Assembly: GCA_964016885.1 (NCBI GenBank)
Contig: OZ024742.1
Location: forward strand, 77,686,001 to 77,750,000
Length of the DNA: 64,000 nt
DNA from: Eledone cirrhosa
Taxonomy: Eukaryota
Reading direction: 5' to 3'
In this document: in pieces, positions 41,186 to 55,800 of the stretch
Position numbering within the stretch: position 1 is the stretch's first letter
How the letters are laid out: each line of letters starts with the position of its first letter
Position numbers and translations under genes: made by a program
The notes under the pieces: model-generated
Database searches by the model: none
Told to the model about the DNA's origin: nothing
Seen by the model: the letters and a program-made list of their open reading frames with translations, nothing else

Positions 41186-42508
41186 AACCTTTTTATCTGT
41201 TTCTGTGTTGAAAACCGTTAAGACTAGACTTGTATTATTAATATCCCAAGTATCAGATAGCATTTGATACCGTTTTTTTTTTTTTGCTTTTTTGGGGGGG
41301 AGGTGTTAAGTGGCTGATCTTAGCACAGGACAACATTTCGACAGATTGCCAATTCACTCCAACGTTAGTCCCATCTGTATGTACTCGTTGCTTTAACTAT
41401 GTGGACTGCAGCAAAGTGAAGTGAGACCTCTGCACAATAATGCATGACTCTGACCTGTCCATTGACCGGATCCAAGATCATATGGTTATGAATTCATCAC
41501 CCAAATCATAAGTTCAGGTGCCTACACATGTACATTTATGTTCATCATCATCATCATCATGTCAATTTTCCTCTTACATCATTGATAATTATACTTCTCC
41601 ACTTAACCCTATGCAACATAACCTCGGCGAGTTTATTCATTCTAATATTCGTTTCTTTATAAACCCGCTCCATAAACGTAGCCCGAAGTTGAGCTCTTGT
41701 TTTTCCCCATAGCAGCAACTGGTGTAATGTCTCTGCCTGATCACTTTGTCATATGTGACCTCTGTGATGTTAGCGATTATGACGTTTGCAATTGGTCTCA
41801 TGTCATCGTATACATTTTTCATTTTCCTCAGTTTTCTCGTATACCTGAAACCTAATCGTCTTTTCATCCCTTTTTGAGTGTCCACCACTAAACTCCGTAA
41901 ACAAGCACACTTTAACTGTTGTGCGAAAGAATTTAACCTGTAGTTTGGTGTTCAAGTTTGATTTCCAAATGACATCAATTTTGTTTGCAATTTTTAATTT
42001 TAGTGCTCATGTCTTTCACTGACGTATTGATCCACGAAAAGAGAACCAAAAATAATCAACACTTTTTTGAAAATTTCCATTTCCAGGTGGACAGGTATTT
42101 AGAGAGGTATAATGACATATAGGGCTTTCAATCACAACTCTCATCCTAACTTCATCAATGGTCCACTTGTTTAATTTGTGCCATCTTCTTTATAGTCATC
42201 TCATTAAACACTCAACAAACTTGACACTAGCATGTTATTTTGGAGTTTCTCCTGTATGTTTACAAAACTATCAGACTATTTTATAACATGTGACCCATTG
42301 AAAAGAACAACCGCAAGAAGTCTAAGAGAACTTATAGAAGAAACAGACTACTTAATAGAGTGCAAATAAGAAATATGAATGTGTCTTTACGTGTGTTTGT
42401 GTTTGAGATCACGCCTAACGGAGGTATAGCATTCACAATATGTTGAGTATAATAAACCCAGAAATGTTGCTATTATGTTTTAAACATTGATCAACTCAGG
42501 TTATTTAC

Positions 42509-42576
<68 letters not shown>

Positions 42577-43748
42577 ACACACACATATATATATATGTAT
42601 ATATACATTTATACATTTAGTGACAAATGACCCCGAAAGCTTATAGAAGGAGTACCATATCAGCCAGCTTTTGACTCGACATTAATAAACATTAACAATT
42701 AATTATATATATATGTAACTGTGTGTGTGTCCGTTCGCGTGAAACATAACCATCTTTCCTTCCCTCTTATATTCCATCAGCTTAACTCTTCTATGTACTT
42801 TCTACTTCTTTCAGTTAGACGCCATCACCTCCTTCATAACACCCGAATGTGTGTTTTCTCATTTAAACGAGATACACTCTGCATCTTCCCTTACTCCGCA
42901 GCACTTCAGGTTCCCATCTCTAATCCTAATCCTAGTGCCCCTCTCTAATTCTAATTCTTGCAGCTGACTCGAAACACTTATTGTTATTTACGTAACACTG
43001 CCACACTATGGACACACAAACCCGTACATATCATTGACCATTAGAAATATCATTTCCTCTAGTTGAAGCTTTTTCGTTGGACTCATATTCTTTAGCGGAA
43101 TTGGTCGAGTATCAAAGTGACATTCTTCTTAAGTAACACGATTTAACCTGTTGTCAGTCATTCAATTCAAATGCTCATGCTATTTCCCCTCTCAGTAAGT
43201 GTTCTTTTACACCATGGGCCCCTCACTTCTCACAAATAACAGCCACTCAATGTTCACCTTGAATGTTCTTTTCTTTATAGTACGATGAGAACACTGAATA
43301 TTATATAACTGCATCCTAACATCCATCCCTTCTCCACCTACACAACACATTGCTTCATTTGGTAGACGTCAATTTTTCCTTTCTCTTTCTTTCACAAACC
43401 TCTCTCGTACTCAACCTTCTCTCTACCCTCTAATTCAAACTGCCATCTGCTTTTACCACCAAATAGCTCCTTTGTCCATGTCCGATCTAACGGCTAAGCT
43501 TACATCCAAAACACTTGGTATCGTTCTAACATATTTGTTTATTTCTTCCTTATCCTTTTCTACTCATACGTATAAACCGAACCGTCGGGTCATTTGCTTC
43601 TCTTTCCATTTGCTTCTTTGGCCTAAATAATATCACTGAGAATACATAGTTTATAATAAAGCGCATATTTGTTGTCCATCACCAGCCTTCACTTTTTCCA
43701 TTTTCTTCAATATTTGATTACTCAGTTCAGTTATTTGTGTCAATTTTA

Positions 43749-43826
<78 letters not shown>

Positions 43827-43870
43827 CTCTCTCTCTCTTACTTACTTCTGATATATATATATACATATAT

Positions 43871-43941
<71 letters not shown>

Positions 43942-44737
43942 CATACATACATACATATACATACATGTATATATATACATACATATATAAATATACCCCC
44001 CCCCTCCACACACACACACATATATATATGTATATATGTATATAACATTTGCATTATGATTATGCATGTATAGTTTTATTTACAAGTGAATTTCTTTGAC
44101 TGAACAGATGCTATTTACCTATGCCATTACCAATCAATACGTTAATCTTGTAAACTGTTTACGTTCGTTTCAATTTAAAATTAATAGCTGCATAGACATT
44201 AAATCTTGGCATCGTATTCATACAGCATTGATGTTTAATGATTCAAATTTTAATCTTAATTAGCACATAAAATTACATGAAAGTAATATAAATAAAAGAA
44301 AGATGAGTATATCCATTCACACACATAATATCATATGTATATATGAACGTTTTTGTTTGTTTCATCTACTTTTATGTGCTAACCACATATTTTACATTAA
44401 TATAGGTGTATGTATTCTTGTGGGTGTATGTGAGTGGGAGTATATGAGTAGTTTTGAGTGTACATATCGATATATTTTGGAATTATTTCACACACCACCA
44501 TCGTATATTTCAAATAAACTAAACATTGAAAAAGTTCATGGATTATGACGATGGCGTACATGATATCTATCATATTCTTGCAGAGTTAATACAGCTTTGA
44601 AATGTAACTAACTTAATATATGCATATACATCGTGGCATATATATATATATATATATATACATATATAAATGTGTGTGTATGTGTGTGTGTGTGTGTGTA
44701 GAAATTCAATATGACATTTTCTTATTCGCCTTTATAA

Positions 44738-44810
<73 letters not shown>

Positions 44811-45055
44811 CGTATATACTTGTAGATATAGATAGATAAACATTATAAATGGGAATGACTGAATAGATATAATTAATAAATCAATACACGAGTTTTTCTT
44901 TTGTTTGTTTATCAAGTATTAATTTTTGATTTACCATATTCTAAATTTTAGAATATGGTTTTAGAATCTAAAACATCCTTCTTCTTTTACATCTTTCATG
45001 TTGCCACTCTCGATAACATATTTTAATTAAATATTCATATAATTCAATATATACC

Positions 45056-45137
<82 letters not shown>

Positions 45138-45208
45138 AATATATATATATATATATATACAAATATATATATATATATATATATATACAAATATATATAT
45201 ATATATAT

Positions 45209-45349
<141 letters not shown>

Positions 45350-45369
45350 AATATATATATATATACAAA

Positions 45370-45410
<41 letters not shown>

Positions 45411-45430
45411 AATATATATATATATACAAA

Positions 45431-45767
<337 letters not shown>

Positions 45768-45816
45768 TGTCTCTCTCTATATATATACATATGTATAAAT
45801 GTGTGTGTGTGTGTGT

Positions 45817-45990
45817 ATCATTATTTAATATAGAAATGGCTGCTACATGACTAGAACTGTTCCTTTCGAATGAAATTTACAGGAATACCTGTACGAATGA
45901 AACAGCTCTAGTCCTATAGAAGCCACATCTATATTGAATGATAATGTTTAAACTCTATTAATGTATTGAGTATCATTTTAATTGTGGATC
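45817..45990. repeat. Degenerate relative of the 16989-17310 inverted HHR element
   Basis: Inverted arms 45817-45868 / 45894-45942. GAATGAAACAGCTCTAGTCCTATAGAA...ATCTATATT...ACTCT...ATGTATTGAGTA aligns with 17197-17268, but the core is mutated. Confidence 0.7.
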
Positions 45991-46159
45991 TATATATCTA
46001 TATATCTATATATATATATGTGTGTGTGTGTATGTGTGTGTGTAGAGGGAGAGAGAGATAGAGTGAAAGAGAGAGAGAGAAAGATAGAGAGAGAAAGATA
46101 GAGAGAGAGTTTGAGAGAAAGCATTAGATTTTCTGAGACATTCATCCATTGTATATCAA

Positions 46160-46195
<36 letters not shown>

Positions 46196-46201
46196 TTGTG
46201 T

Positions 46202-46232
<31 letters not shown>

Positions 46233-46343
46233 ATAATAATAAATTTGAAGGCTAAAATCCAAGGAGGGCTCGATAAGGATAAATATATATTAAATATATA
46301 AGAACCATAGAGCAAATATTTATTAAAATAACATTAAAGTTTA

Positions 46344-46375
<32 letters not shown>

Positions 46376-46382
<7 letters not shown>

Positions 46383-47560
46383 AGGAATGAAGAGTAACAT
46401 GGTTGGCTGTACAATAAGGGTTTATTTAAAGTACTGACAATTGTTTCATTGATCAGGTGAGTCTAGAGTTCGCTAATCGCTTGAGGTTGCGTCATTCGAT
46501 CTCCAATACATTATTTACCTCTGGTCAACACATCATAGTACGTAGATATGAAAGTAATTAACTCGAGGCAAGACTTATATATAAAAATAGCGTATAATCA
46601 AAACAATAACAACAATAATAAAATAGCGTATAATCAAAACAATAACATTAATAATAAAATATGCATGGTAAATAGGTAGAGAAGTTACAGATGTGAAAAG
46701 TAAAAAGTAAAATATAAGATAGGGTACATTAATAAATAAGAAAATGAGACAAAGGAAATTATAAAGAAATAAATAAGTGAGAGCGTGTAAGTACATAGTA
46801 GTAGTTTTTGAGTAAGTGTTCTTCTAAGGATTCGCTGGTGAGTTTAGAGCTAACATGAGAAACCAAATTCGAGATGTACATAGATACGTGTAGAGGGTCC
46901 GATAAAAGAAAAGACAATAAATTAGAGATTAATTGGCGGATACATGTATGATATTTATGGGCTAGGGATGACGGAACATTTGATAAACGCTTGTTGTAAA
47001 TGTTTTGCTGATTGTTCTATCTTAATGGAGTTGATGGTGTCTCAGGGAGAGAGGGTGAAAGAAATGTTCAGAGATTTATGATCCAGTGACCAGTTAGCCG
47101 TTTGATAGCTAATAGCAGTGCGATGGTGTGTATTCTATATGTTAAAATCTAGTTAGTTCAGTACTAATTTTGGAATTTCTGGTTCAAATCATGGTGGTTT
47201 GAAGTTTGTAAATCTAGTAGCTATTTTATGCTTACAGAAAATAGATCTTTCTATTTTGCTGTTAAGCAGCATCCCATCGTACCTTAAGATATGTAGTAGT
47301 TCTAAATTAAAAAGCCCGCAGTGGGACATACAGTTGCTGTAGGCTTTTGCTACCGATAATTTTGACAAGCTAATCTTATATTCTAGGTTTTTGTCCTTAG
47401 GCTGCCAGATTTTATTGGCGAACTCTAGACTCACTTGATCAACGAAACAATTGTCAATACTTTAAATAAACCCTTTATTGTACAGCCAATCATGTTACTC
47501 TTCATTCCTTAACTATTATTACTCCAAGTACAACCTGCATAGAAATTACCGCGAACTCGC
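46376..47560 (-). mobile_element. 5'-truncated Naiad-like PLE with inverted pseudo-LTR (IR 46376-46477 / 47414-47516)
   Basis: ORF remnant ANKIWQPKDKNLEYKI...AKAY...CGL..LE...LLNSKIE...FCKHK (GIY-YIG C-terminus). About 100-bp terminal inverted repeat containing GAAACAATTGTC (HHR stem III + GUC). Confidence 0.75.
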
Positions 47561-47667
47561 TGCATAACTATGGAAGCATCTTGTTGGGTCAAACAAAGCC
47601 GTACGTTAAAAGTACTCAGATTACTCACAACTTCTAACTGTATTACCTATAACGATAACTTATTATC

Positions 47668-47729
<62 letters not shown>

Positions 47730-50700
47730 CTGATGAAATATTATTAGGCATTCATAGTGCATTCATATGAAAAAAAAATATTGGGTGCTTTGAAATAGGC
47801 GTATGATGATGTGATTTGCAAGTTATTAATGCGTTTACAAATTTCGTATATTGATGCAAACTGAATAAACATCAACAAATCGTGTGCGAGCTACAAAAAC
47901 ATGCGGAAACGATATGGTTTTGGCAACAAACTAGAACACTAGAGAATCATATTTTCTGACATACATTCAGAAAATGTATGATTCAAATAAACCTGTCTAA
48001 TTCCCATATGAATGTATCCAGTAGGAATGAAGCATAGGCAAACGTATGAAAAGCATGATAATCTTTATTGGACTATACAAGACAAACTACACCTGTACTT
48101 TATGTGTTTGAGTCTAAAATAAGGGGTTAAAATAAATTCTTAGACAAGGTGATATCCGCACTGCATATGAATCGACATTGATGCGCAGATGTGTCAATAT
48201 CACATTCTTATCAGTTCCTATATGGGCCTATATGTTTTGCACCATCTTTGATTTGTATTAGGAGGCGTTATTAGAAGACAATTCTGATAATGACTACATT
48301 AAAAAGAGGGAAAGTGAGACAGATAATACACATGTTTGGGATTCAATGAATCTGAATATTAATATGAAGCTAAGTAATTTTAAGTGACCCCTGTTAATAT
48401 ATGTTCTATTCATACTAGTTGAAATAGTAGACATGGTATCGCAAAATGGGATGTAAAATGTTCTGTTCAGACATTGATCCGCTGTAAAATAAAATGAATT
48501 TGTTTCATACAGGCTTTAACATGTTTATAGATTATGCATTTAAAAAAACACAAACTACATTATAGTTTGTTATTGTGCCTTAGTAGTTGTGGGAAAGGAG
48601 TCAGCAACAAAATAATTAACGCTTCTGGAATTAATAACAGCAGGAAGGAATGTATTACTACCCCAGGGTCCTACCTGAAGTCGTTCAAGAGAACGGATCT
48701 GCTAAGAACAAGCAGGTGGTGTCAAACACGAATTTACCTCAAAAGAGCAGAAATGGACTTCCGCTGATCTTCCACCCAGTTTCCGTCGATTAAATATTAT
48801 TCGTAGGGTATAGGATAAAACACTAAACCAAAACGCTATGTCTATGAGGTTTAAACGCAGCGAAATTCTGAATGAAACCGACATACCTGAGGCTAAAGGA
48901 TAGCACAAAAAAATGTTTTAACATGCTAACAAAGCAGATGTATACGTATATATAGAGACATTAGATTTACAACACTAAATAGCAAAAGTATTTGAGCATG
49001 CAAGGATATGTGAATAAGGATCATTATACATACACATTCGCAAATTCGTGGTCACATAAACATTACATATTCACAAATAAATGTAGATGTATACTTACAT
49101 AACACTACGTCAAATAGATGCATATCTTTATTCTTGCTTGCATATACATGCATAGATTCGTGTTCGTGTATGTATTTGGTTCTTGATAGCAACTGGATAT
49201 TTCCTATGTGATTAAGAGCAGATGTTTTGCTATTGTTGTATTTCAATCCCATGTCAACAATTATTGAGCAGGGTTAGTATGAGTGTTTCTACAGTTATAA
49301 TCATTGCATCTGTTTTGTGTATCAGCATCTACATTACCGAATGAAGACCTGTTTATTTAAGATGGTAGTGTTTTATTGGTGGATATTGAGCAGCTATTTA
49401 TAACTTATCAACCAACGACCTAGCAGCTCCTCCATAATTGCTGCTGTTATCCTTTCTCTTTTCTTTGTTGCGCATTTATTACCCATGACATGTTAGCATT
49501 TAACACATTGATATTATTATAGCACTTGTTCATTACAATTTTATCGTAGTAAATGACTTTGAAATGCCTCTTTTATTTTATAGTAATATTTAATGGCAAT
49601 ACGTATATATTGGCAATATATTTGCAATATATACTTGATTTATTTTACATATTAAGTACCCTATTTTCTACCTCACTCATAGAACTAAGCAAATATATGT
49701 CTGCGATAGGTTATTACCGATAAACTCTTTGTGGTATATCTGTTTTCCCTAAGAGGCATTGAAATAGGACTATCGTTATCTGTCAGTAGCAATTTCCTCA
49801 GATTATTTTATAGTATGAATTGAGGTTTTATATTCGGAAACATGCTATTATTAGAGAGAATAGCAATTCAGTTTGTAAACCACCATGAAGATTTTAGTTA
49901 AAGTTCCTGTATCAATATAGCAAATTTAGACTGATACACTACCACATTTGTCATTATAAGACTCTGGATATGTATGTGTTATCGTGAGTAAGTGTTTTGA
50001 AGATTGTTGTTGTCAACTTCTTGCAGTCCCATAATTAAACGCGTACTAATAGTAACAATGCCGTCACCATTTTAGTTATAGTGTATATTGATCTACATCA
50101 CCTAATTCTCCATGTTGTAGTGTATTGTCCAAAGTAATTTGAGGGTTATTTTTAAAATGATGAGAGTCCTAGAAGCTCACTCCACGGCTTGTGACTGCAG
50201 AAGATTTCGGGTTATCTGATCGAATTTGTTATGTTCACACAAATATATTTGAAACGCTATTCTCTATATTGCTTTGTGGGTCTGATCTGACCATCTGCAT
50301 TTTTACATCATTAATGATATACATATGTATATACGTATATATTTGTATGTATGTGTGTGTTATATTGTACTACCTATGTATATATGTGTAATTTTCTGAT
50401 TATGTGTATGCGTCTGAAGTAACATGGCACAACAACACCGAATACAGAAGAGAAATTATGTGGTCTCTGCATATGTCACATGTTGGCGATATTAACGCAG
50501 TTCTTGTTTAACGGCAGGTAAATGTACTTAAAAATCAACATAACATAAAAGGGAGCTTCATGGGCTTGCACGATCCCTTGCGGTCAGTTCTATCTGTTTC
50601 ACATATGACTTGTCATCAGCCAGTGAGTCTGCAATGGACGGGGTAAAACCCTTTCAGAAATATTCGTTCGTGAAGCCAAGTCATTTTGATACATACGCTT

Positions 50701-51787
50701 GTGTGGCAGTGTGTTTTGACATGTATGCGATTGTATGTGCATATCTGTTTTTTGTGTGTATATATGAGTTTGTATAGGTGTGTATCTATGTGTAGGTGTT
50801 CTCGTATAAAATATATCTTAACACAGTGGACCATAATTAACAGGTTGTGACACTTCATATGCGTCTTCATCGAAGAGTCTATTGATAAATCCCAAATTTC
50901 TACTTCTGTAGCATGATTCTGGTGCAATATGAAATACTTCAGTTAATGGTTGGAAAACACGTGAAGTATACATTTCTATTAATGAACTGTATAAAAAAGA
51001 AATTTCGTTATAAAAGTTTATTTCAAAGTACTTCTGATATAAATAAAGATATAAATTGGTAAAGTATAGTATACATGTGTGTGTGAATGGTGTGTGAATG
51101 TTGTGTGTAAGTATTTTTGTGCGTATTTGTCAGCTTGTGTGTGTATGTGTTATTCTGTGTTAATCTGCGAAAACGGTTTTTGTTTGTCTATTTTTGTCTT
51201 TTTCCCAAAATATAAACCTATCCTCTAGAGTGTAAAATGCACCGAATTCCTATTAAATTATATTATTTTCCCGTTAATTTCCAGCTTTCACAATACCTTC
51301 AAATGGTTTAAAAACAATGGTTTCTTACTATATCATGACAAATTGAGTTTTACACCGTAGGATAGTGTGCAGTAGAGGACATTCTATTATTGCTATATAT
51401 AAACATAGAAAAATACGAGTGGTTGTGTTTGTTCTTATCGTAAAAGTCGAGTGATGTGAAGTTCGCTTCAGAAAGATGAGACCTCATGGTGAGTGTGGAT
51501 CTTTTACCAGTGTGAAATCATGTAAATGAAAATTGTATGGAATACTGCCGTATTGATTGTGTCTGTAATCCAGGGCTAGCCATGTCAGGCTGAGTCGGTT
51601 GCAGGTATTTAAATACTGTAAGGTATATTATCCGATACTTGACCGAGATTATAAATGGAAATACATTTAAATGAGTATATATCTTACATGGCAGACTCAT
51701 ACCCAATAATTATTACTATAATGGCCGCATGTATAGAGGATGTGGGAAAGAACAGTCTTCTGTTTGAGTGTTTAAAAGGCATATATT

Positions 51788-51843
<56 letters not shown>

Positions 51844-52411
51844 ACAGGTATAAGGATGATTAACACGAATAAGGCATATATATATATATTAATAAAAAGA
51901 ATTCCAACTTTGTCTGATTTACTCGTTTTATTTACAATCCTTTAAAATTTATAATGGTATTAGAATGAAATAGTATGGTAGAATATTAAATGTTAATTGA
52001 ACAAGTACTTTCATGCTTTCGCAATATTCAGGTTCATAATGTGTGGTGACAGTCAAGTTTGCAATTTTCAACTGTAATGAGAAGGGGAAATTTTGTGCCT
52101 TATATACAGTGAAAAGTCGCTCCAGATGCTAAATCTTGCAAACTGTATTTCGACCAATCGGTGTGTAGTTTCACTGGATTACTAAAGCTGATTGGTTTAG
52201 GCGTCACGATTTGTTAAGCATGTCTAACGACTACTAATTGACCCTATCCAAAGCATCAATTGTTTTGCTATTTTTAGAAATGATGAAAATAGAATTTTCT
52301 AATAATCATCACCATCAACATCACTTTTATTATTATTATTATTGTTGTTGTTGTTGTTAGTGGTCGTAGTCATAGTCATAGTAGGATTAATACCCCATTA
52401 TTATTGTTCAT

Positions 52412-54030
52412 TTAGCTTGGGTTTGAATTTATCAATAAAATTATTTTCTTCGATTTTTCTCTTGATTTCACTTGGGCTAGATGGTTACTTAGGGGTATCT
52501 GACGGACATTTGGGTCTCTGATTTGCTGTCGGTGTACCCGTGCACATTCCGATAGTGCATTTGCATTTGGGAATATTTTTCCAGTTTTTGTTTTCATATA
52601 TTGACCGGCGTGTATGGATTGACATGTGCCGCATCGACTATCATTGCATTTAGATACAGTGAATGATTGGTCTTTGTTGTTAAGGTCAAACTTTGCTTTT
52701 GTTAGTAATTTGTTCAAATTTTTCAGCTGTCTTTTACTAAGAGTCGAAGATCGATCTGTGATTAAGCCTTTTAATTCATTACTTTGAGCAATTATCGGTA
52801 GGTTTGCTTTGGCAGTGTTGAAGATATTCTTGTGAAATGGGTTGTGTGTCATTATGAATGGTATGACCAGTTCTTGGTTTCTTCTTCCTTGGGTTGTCCT
52901 AAGTTGTTGTATAGGTATTTTTATAGCCCGCTGTATGCCATTTTTTATAAGTAGAGATGGGTATTTTTGTTTGAGCAAAAATTCTCTTAGTTCTGTTAGG
53001 CGTTTGTACCTGGTATTCGTATCTTCTACAATGGTACAAATTCTTCTGGCTAGGCAGTATGGGATGTTGCGTTTTGTATGAGGTGGATGGCACGACTTAA
53101 AATTCAGATATTGATGGGTGTCTGTGTATTTATAATATATATCCGTGGTAATGGTGGTGTCGTTTATGATTATCATTATATCTAGGAATGGTAATTTGGT
53201 ACTACTCATCTCTTTTGTGAATTGGAGATATGGGTGTAGGTTATTCAGGGGGATATTGAACTCATCCAGAGTATCGAAAGATTATGTCCAGATGATGAAA
53301 CAGTCGTCAAGGTATCTCTTCCAAGAGTTTTAAATGTACTTTCTAAAGTCAGTACTATATTTATCCTCTATTTCTTGGTAGAGTTGTTGTTCTAAGTATC
53401 CCATTACAGAGTTCGCGTAAACGCGAGCAAACTTCGTTCCCATCGCGGTGCCTCTAATTTGGATGTAATTCTTTCCATTGAAGAAGAATGTGTTATTTTC
53501 CAGAATAAGTTTAACTGCGTCTAATATAAATGGCGCTGTGAATCTGATGGGAATCACTTCCCTATGTTTTTCCACCCAGTATTTAACCGCCTTTATTCCT
53601 AAATCATGTGTAATGTTGGTGCAAAGGCTTACCACATCAAAACTAAGTAGAAGTGAATTCGTTTCCGTGGTTTTGGGAAGATGGGACAGGAAGTCGATAT
53701 CATCTCGGATGAAACTGGGTATGTCAATACATAGTGGTTTCAAAATAATGTCAACAAAATTGCTTAGACGGTGGGGCATGTTGGATCAGCTATAATAGGT
53801 CTAAGTTTTAAGTCTTTTGGGTGTAGTAATTTAATATACTCACTGTTTTGTTCTCTTACTGCCAGTTGTATTTCTTTTGACCTATGAACTTTCGGTAGGC
53901 CATACAGGTTGCTGGCTTTTGGCTCAAAATTGGTGTTGTAGTCTCTTTTCTTATCAGTAAGTGAGTGGTGGTATTTTGAAGCCAGTTTGTTGATCTTCTT
54001 CATGATGTTGTGGTCTATATTTGACGGTTT
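52412..54030 (-). pseudogene. Neptune-like PLE RT fragment with Cys linker and internally deleted GIY-YIG
   Basis: LYGLPKVH, LRPIIA, FDVVSLCTNI, GTAMGTKFA, RYLDDCFIIW, LPFLDI, TDIYYKYTDTHQYL, HTKRNIPY, KCNDSRCGTC, RVHRQQI. Confidence 0.88.
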
Positions 54031-54296
54031 TTAATGAAGAGGACATTGATAAATTGTATTACTGATATTTTGCCGATTACTGGAGGTACACTTGTTCCTC
54101 CACTCTTGAGTAGAACATTATATGCTAGATGTTGTTTCGTTAAAATTACTTATAAACGAGAAGGCAGAATGACTCGTCACCAGAAGGAAGCAGGATGACT
54201 AGCAGAACTCCTGAGATCAGAGGCTACACGATTCTCACATTCTTATCTACAGAAATAGGTTTAGTCTCTTATAACACATACATGAGGACGTATATA

Positions 54297-54381
<85 letters not shown>

Positions 54382-54945
54382 GTATGAAGTTAGGCAAAAA
54401 TGTGTGTTTCGATGTATTTGTACATGTAAGAAATTAGAATGCAGATATAAGTGTAAACAGATTAGAAGCCGTCACGATACGGTTTCCCTGTAATAATGCA
54501 TGTATTCCACGTCTACATTCTCCAACATTTAATACTATATTTGCTTACATTATCTTAGTTAAATTACATGCATCGAATATATAAATATACCCAGTGAATT
54601 TATAACCATAATACAAATTGTGTCTCGCTTTTCTATCAACGTGTAAAATTAATATATGTGTATCTTTTTTCGATGGTATATCATGAAAAATATGTCCTTG
54701 ATATGATTATTTTATTTTATGCAGTGACAGGAAAAAAATGTTTTGAACCGTGAATTAAGACTTGGCTGAGAAGTTTGTTCAGTGGAAACTTTTTGCGTCC
54801 TCTATAAAGCCTAATTATCAAATTGAACGTTTAAATCAATATAGCCAATTTGAAATATCACATATATTTAAATAGTATACAAAGTAGATTAAATTGACTC
54901 TAATACATACACGCCCATACATATATAGAGATGTTGTTGTTTTTA

Positions 54946-55735
54946 TCTCTTCGGAAGGACTTTCGGGCCGGGGCCTATGGACAACTTCCAGAAATCCCTG
55001 GCCTGGCAGTGCTACCGGGGTGCTTTGCCAGTTCGGGATAAACTTTACAGGCATGGAGGTGCCGTCAACCGGGCATGTCCGAGATGCGCACAGGGCGACG
55101 AAACCGTCCTGCACGCACTCGTCCAGTGTCCGAGCATTGCTGACTTGTGGGTTTATGTCGAACACCTGCTGTCACGTGTAGGACGGATGCAGCTATCAGC
55201 TGAGTCCATCGTGAAGATTGACCCGCCCTCTTCCTTTAGCCGGGAAGGGCAGGCAGTTTTTATCTGTCTGGTGGCCATGGCGAAAGAGATAGTATGGTGG
55301 ACACGTTTGAAAGGGCTGAAGACGAGCACTTACCTCTTCGGTGATGCCCTGATTAACTTTTTCAAATTTCATCTGAAAAGGAAAATCAGGGTAGAGAGGG
55401 AAGTGCTCTCTTCCCAGCATTTTGTTGAAAGATGGGTGAGAGAAGCAAGTATGGCCCGAATGAATGGGCCTTCTCTGAGTATGTGTCTGTAAATTAAAGG
55501 TGGAAAACTGGGAGAGGGCACTTGCCCTGGTGGTCAGGGCCACTGTGGTCTTTTAATGGGCTTTCTCTACAAATGTCCTTCAGAAGTCTCCCCCCTATTG
55601 GGGAATTTTTCTTTGTTATTTTATTTCATCCTCTGTTTTTTTTACACGCAGAAATGCCCATTTGTACCGTCCTGTATTGTCCTGTACTGTCCTTAATGTC
55701 TACTTTATGTAAACCCTTGTGGTTAATAAATAAAA

Positions 55736-55736
<1 letters not shown>
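54946..55736 (+). mobile_element. 3' end of an L1/Tx1-type LINE (C-terminal zinc-binding domain, 3' UTR, polyA signal)
   Basis: ORF 54977-55492 has FQKSLAWQCYRGALPVRDKL...CPRC...ETVLHALVQC. AATAAA lies at about 55725, directly before (TTA)n. Confidence 0.85.
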
Positions 55737-55793
<57 letters not shown>

Positions 55794-55800
55794 GTTATTA
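55737..55800. repeat. (TTA)n microsatellite
   Basis: Direct reading. It is the junction between the Tx1 3' end and the Dong-like 3' end. Confidence 0.95.

Noticed and set aside
41637-41888. 83-aa ORF as a host exon
   Set aside because: No recognisable domain or supporting exon structure.
42720-43700. Possible highly decayed LINE endonuclease on the minus strand
   Set aside because: Too degenerate to support by eye.
47760-52400. Unique AT-rich stretch (also 32400-35500) as a possible gene region
   Set aside because: No convincing ORF or motif. It is probably intronic or intergenic, but small exons cannot be excluded without RNA-seq.
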